Assembly (NCBI GenBank): GCA_043228905.1
Contig: JBHGNT010000001.1
Location: 17,422,001 to 17,486,000 of the forward strand
Reading direction: 5' to 3'
Source: Azolla caroliniana
Taxonomy: Eukaryota > Plantae > Polypodiophyta
DNA: 64,000 bases
Both the position numbers and the translations under genes were made by a program. Positions 60,791 through 64,000 of this stretch are shown piece after piece (the first letter of the stretch is position 1; every line of letters begins with the position of its first letter). The notes below the pieces were generated by a model. That model made no database searches. It had not been told where the DNA came from and saw only the letters and a program-made list of their open reading frames with translations.

Positions 60791-61754
60791 CTAACTAAGG
60801 TCAAAAGTCAAAACAAATGTTGAGATAAATGTAAATACCTAAGGGACATCAAGAATATGAATGGGATGCTCCTCGTATTGATTCCATCCAATACATTTCT
60901 TGAATAAATCCTTCTTATTGGGTGAAACCCTACTCTCATTAGTCCAAAATATTGTGATTATATCCTTGATTTCTGATGTAATGGGTGTCTTGGCTTACAT
61001 CTTGTTGTTAGCTTTAGCAGACTAGTTCCTTCACCCAAGGAAACTATCCGGTTCAATGTATTGAACACACTTTTTATACTAACACCAATTACCTTAGATA
61101 GCACAATGATGTTAATATCGTCAACATCACTATTAAGTAACATCATTAGACTAGACCTTTTTAAGACAAGATCATCTTCTGACCTGCTCATGGATACGAA
61201 ACTATTACGGAGATTATTTACTAGTACAGATGTTATGTTTGCATTAAGACCATCACAATCAACTAACTCCTTTATTGATGGATCATTTAATATTCCATAA
61301 AGTACTACCTTCTTGTCTTCATTGCTGATGTGCTTGGTTTGAACATTGAAATAGTCTACAACCTTGATCTCTATGATAGTAGTCTCATTACTTCCATTCT
61401 CAGTGATATTTAGACCTTTATCGCAACCAATACTATCTTTACCTTTAGTGAGTGTGGCTTTCGTATCCTTCAACAATTGACGATGTTTTTTTTTTTCTGC
61501 CCAATACTTTTGCATCGCTTGTTGTGTCTTGATACCGTCATCCCTATCTTGATGATCATTAAGGGGTAATTCTAAACACCCTCCTTCCCCTTCCATTTGG
61601 CTTGACATATTTAAACCCTAATTTCCTCGAAAAAAAGACATGTATTAAAGATGGCTATGGGCAACAACAACACCCAAAAATATTCCGCAATACACAAGAT
61701 TATACACAACAATACATAAGATAATCAATAGACAGAATAGTTATTGTAATCTAG

Positions 61755-62760
61755 GACCGAACAATGGTGGTAATCCAGGGCTGAATATTGGTGACAACTA
61801 AGTGTAGAATGGTGGCAGTGGAGGAGTGAACTCCATTTGATCGAATAGTTTTGGCAATCCAAGACCGAACAATGGCGTCAACTGAGTGTAGAATGATGGC
61901 AATGGAGTGAATTCCATCGGATCGAACAGTGGCAGATGATGCTTGGAACACACAATGACGACAACTGAGAGTAGAATGGCAGCAGTGGAGAAGGAGTGAA
62001 CTCCCTCGGATTGAGAATTGGATGCAATACACGACCGAATAGTAATGACAACTAAGTGTAGAATAATGGCAATGGATGAGTGAACTCCGTCAAATCGAAA
62101 AGTGGCAGCAATCCAAGACCAAACAGTAGCAGCAACTGAGAGTAGAATGATGGCAATGGAGGAGTGAACTCCGTCAGATCGAATAGTGGCAGATGATGCT
62201 TGGAACGCACAGTGACGACAGCTGAGAGTAGAATGGCGATAGTGGAGAAGGAGTGAACTCCCTCGGATCGAAAAGTGGCAGCAATACACGATCGAACAGT
62301 AGTGGTAACTAAGTGTAGAATGATGGCAATGGATGAGTGAACTCCGTCAAATCGAAAAGTGGCAGCAATCCAGGACCGAACAATAGCGACAACTAAGTGT
62401 AGAATGATGGCAATGGAAGAGTGAACTCCTTCAGATCGAACAATGGCAGATGATGCTTGGAATGCATAGTGATGGCAACTGAGAGTAGAGTGGCGGCAAT
62501 GGAGAAGGAGTTAACTCCGTCGGATCGAAAAGTGGCAGCAATATACAACCTTCACAGTGCAACTGAGTGTAGAGTGGAGGCAATGGAGGAGTGAACTTGG
62601 CAGATGATGCTTGGACTAAACAGTGGTCGCAACTAAGTGTAGAATGGTGGCAATCGAGGAGTGAACTCTGTCAGATCGAACAGTGCCAGATGATACTTGG
62701 ACCACATAGTGGCGGTATCTGAGTGTAGAATAGAAACAATGGAGGAGTGGATTCAATAGG
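61755..62760. repeat. ~84-87-bp tandem repeat (about 12 units, ~255-bp higher-order trimer) upstream of the transposase
   Basis: CAACT(A/G)AG(T/A)GTAGAATG..GAGTGAACTCC recurs at ~84-87-bp spacing. Confidence 0.85.
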
Positions 62761-63212
62761 GTTTTGCAACAGTGGTAGTAATCTAAGCAAGAATACTAAA
62801 CCAGAGATGGCCCACGTGATGTGGCAAAGGATCATGTATAATGGACCAAGGAATTCAATATATAATTTATGGTGCACAAATCAATTTATGTTGCACGTTT
62901 ATGTTGCACATTTATGGTACTCATTTATATAATTAAAACTCTCTACTATTTTCAATGGTAGCTTTTTGTATAGCTAATTTATCAATGGTAGCTTTTTTCA
63001 TAACTAATTAACTATGTCAAGGACATAGCTAATTGTTTCCACTTGCATGCTTTGACCCATTACCTTTCACTTGAAGAGTTGTCGAGTAGCTTTCAAGATT
63101 GCTTATAGAATTGCTAACATGAGGCTCCAGAGTATTCAATATCAATTTGTGAAGGGCTTGTGGGTACCTTTCAACAATAAAGAATCTAGATGTAAGGGTC
63201 TGATTGGGTGAC

Positions 63213-63288
63213 TGTCAGGAATAGTACTAAGACAGAGAGGGAATTAGTACTAGAGATAAGGATTAGTACTAAGAGGAAAAGAGGGTGC

Positions 63289-63356
<68 letters not shown>

Positions 63357-63608
63357 AACAAATGATATATTATATTATATGAAGAGAATATACAAGAATA
63401 CCTAGGAGGCTTAAGACTGGCGTTGAACCGAATTGGTTCTCAATAATGCCATGTGCCTCTTTTTATAGTATGCTTAGGAGTACTCTTGACATTTCTAGAA
63501 TGTTCTAGAGAAATCTAGAATACACATGGATTTCTTAAGTGAAATAATAAATGGAAATAATATTCTTCATATTACAATATATAGCTTAATGGTAAGGCTT
63601 CAACCCAT
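63213..63608 (-). mobile_element. LTR of the element-B family (diverged), interrupted
   Basis: Reverse complement of 505-938 (TGTCAGGAATAGTACTAAGACAGAG..CTTAAGACTGGCGTTGAACCG), with an expanded (GA)n. Confidence 0.85.
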
Positions 63609-64000
63609 TGTTAGGAAACAGGTCCCTCTGGATGGGAAGTTAGAAGAATAGTACTGATGAGCAAACTCGGTCGAGGCCGAAACCGGATGACGAGTACCCG
63701 GCTACGGAGAGCCGGATGTTGCAGACCCGGTGAGAACCGGATGACGAGTACCCGGCAAGCGCCGGATGATGCAGGCCCGGTGAGGAGTGCTCATTGGATG
63801 AAGAGACATATTCGTAAATATGTTTCTGAGAGTCCATTGTGGCTATATTTGTAAATAGCCGAAAAGTCATATTAGTATAAATATGACTTAGGGCAAACTT
63901 TTTGCGAGATGTTGTCATTCTTGTTGGTAAAAAGACTAGAGAGCGCGTAATAGTGTACAGTGTACAGAGAGAGAGAGAGAGAGAGGAAGAGGTTGTTGCC
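63609..64000 (+). mobile_element. Family X LTR (runs off the window end)
   Basis: TGTTAGGAAACAGGTCCCTC start, 54-bp repeats, TATAAATA. Confidence 0.88.

Larger units (their letters stand above)
56565..61608 (-). pseudogene. DD(D/E) DNA transposase pseudogene of the DFAENY / SDG / HGKG..DG family (Sola2-like); exons 61608-60839 and 58385-56565
   Basis: SRVSPNKKD; FESLKPHFV..CCIHH; SVVNLAENYTF..EIQSMHW; WSNGVASQFK; WNFFGSGHGKGEHDGAGAVIKR; phase-0 GT-AG intron 58386-60838. Confidence 0.8.

Noticed and set aside
61755-62760. CRISPR-like array, or coding repeat ORFs 61751-62289
   Set aside because: Whole units are homologous, with no unique spacers and no cas genes; the ORFs are by-products of the repeat.
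45245-63212. Terminal inverted repeats of the putative DNA transposon
   Set aside because: Both candidate ends were inspected by eye and no convincing inverted pair or TSD was found; the boundaries remain undefined.

Overview
Eukaryotic, land-plant DNA. A fern or other non-seed plant is inferred from the Tcn1/sushi-like chromovirus, the PLS-PPR remnant and the GA/CT-rich upstream region. Most of the window is deeply nested, decayed LTR retrotransposons, resolved here by LTR ends, PBS/PPT and target-site duplications (TSDs): two chromoviral Gypsy elements, five Copia elements, an inverted non-autonomous Gypsy carrying a large extra ORF, and several solo LTRs. One apparently intact single-exon host gene (19706-21589; SPRISFS/ELFxDGKLLP plant family) lies between two TE blocks. 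The most notable region is ~46-63 kb. It holds a spliced, pseudogenised beta-class N4-cytosine/N6-adenine DNA methyltransferase gene, split by a Copia insertion in an intron. Next to it are a RING-like/FCP1-like pseudophosphatase gene and a DFAENY/HGKG-type (Sola2-like) DD(D/E) transposase; these two genes have introns filled with TAGCTAATTAGCTA palindrome arrays. Together they suggest a cargo-carrying DNA transposon with its own amino-methyltransferase, but the termini and the catalytic motif IV were not found. Also seen: a self-priming PBS and a -1 frameshift pseudoknot in a chromovirus, a three-element insertion hotspot within 27 bp, a ~440-bp LTR fold-back hairpin, and a solo LTR flanked by a 263-bp duplication. 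All coordinates were read by eye, without alignment or database tools.
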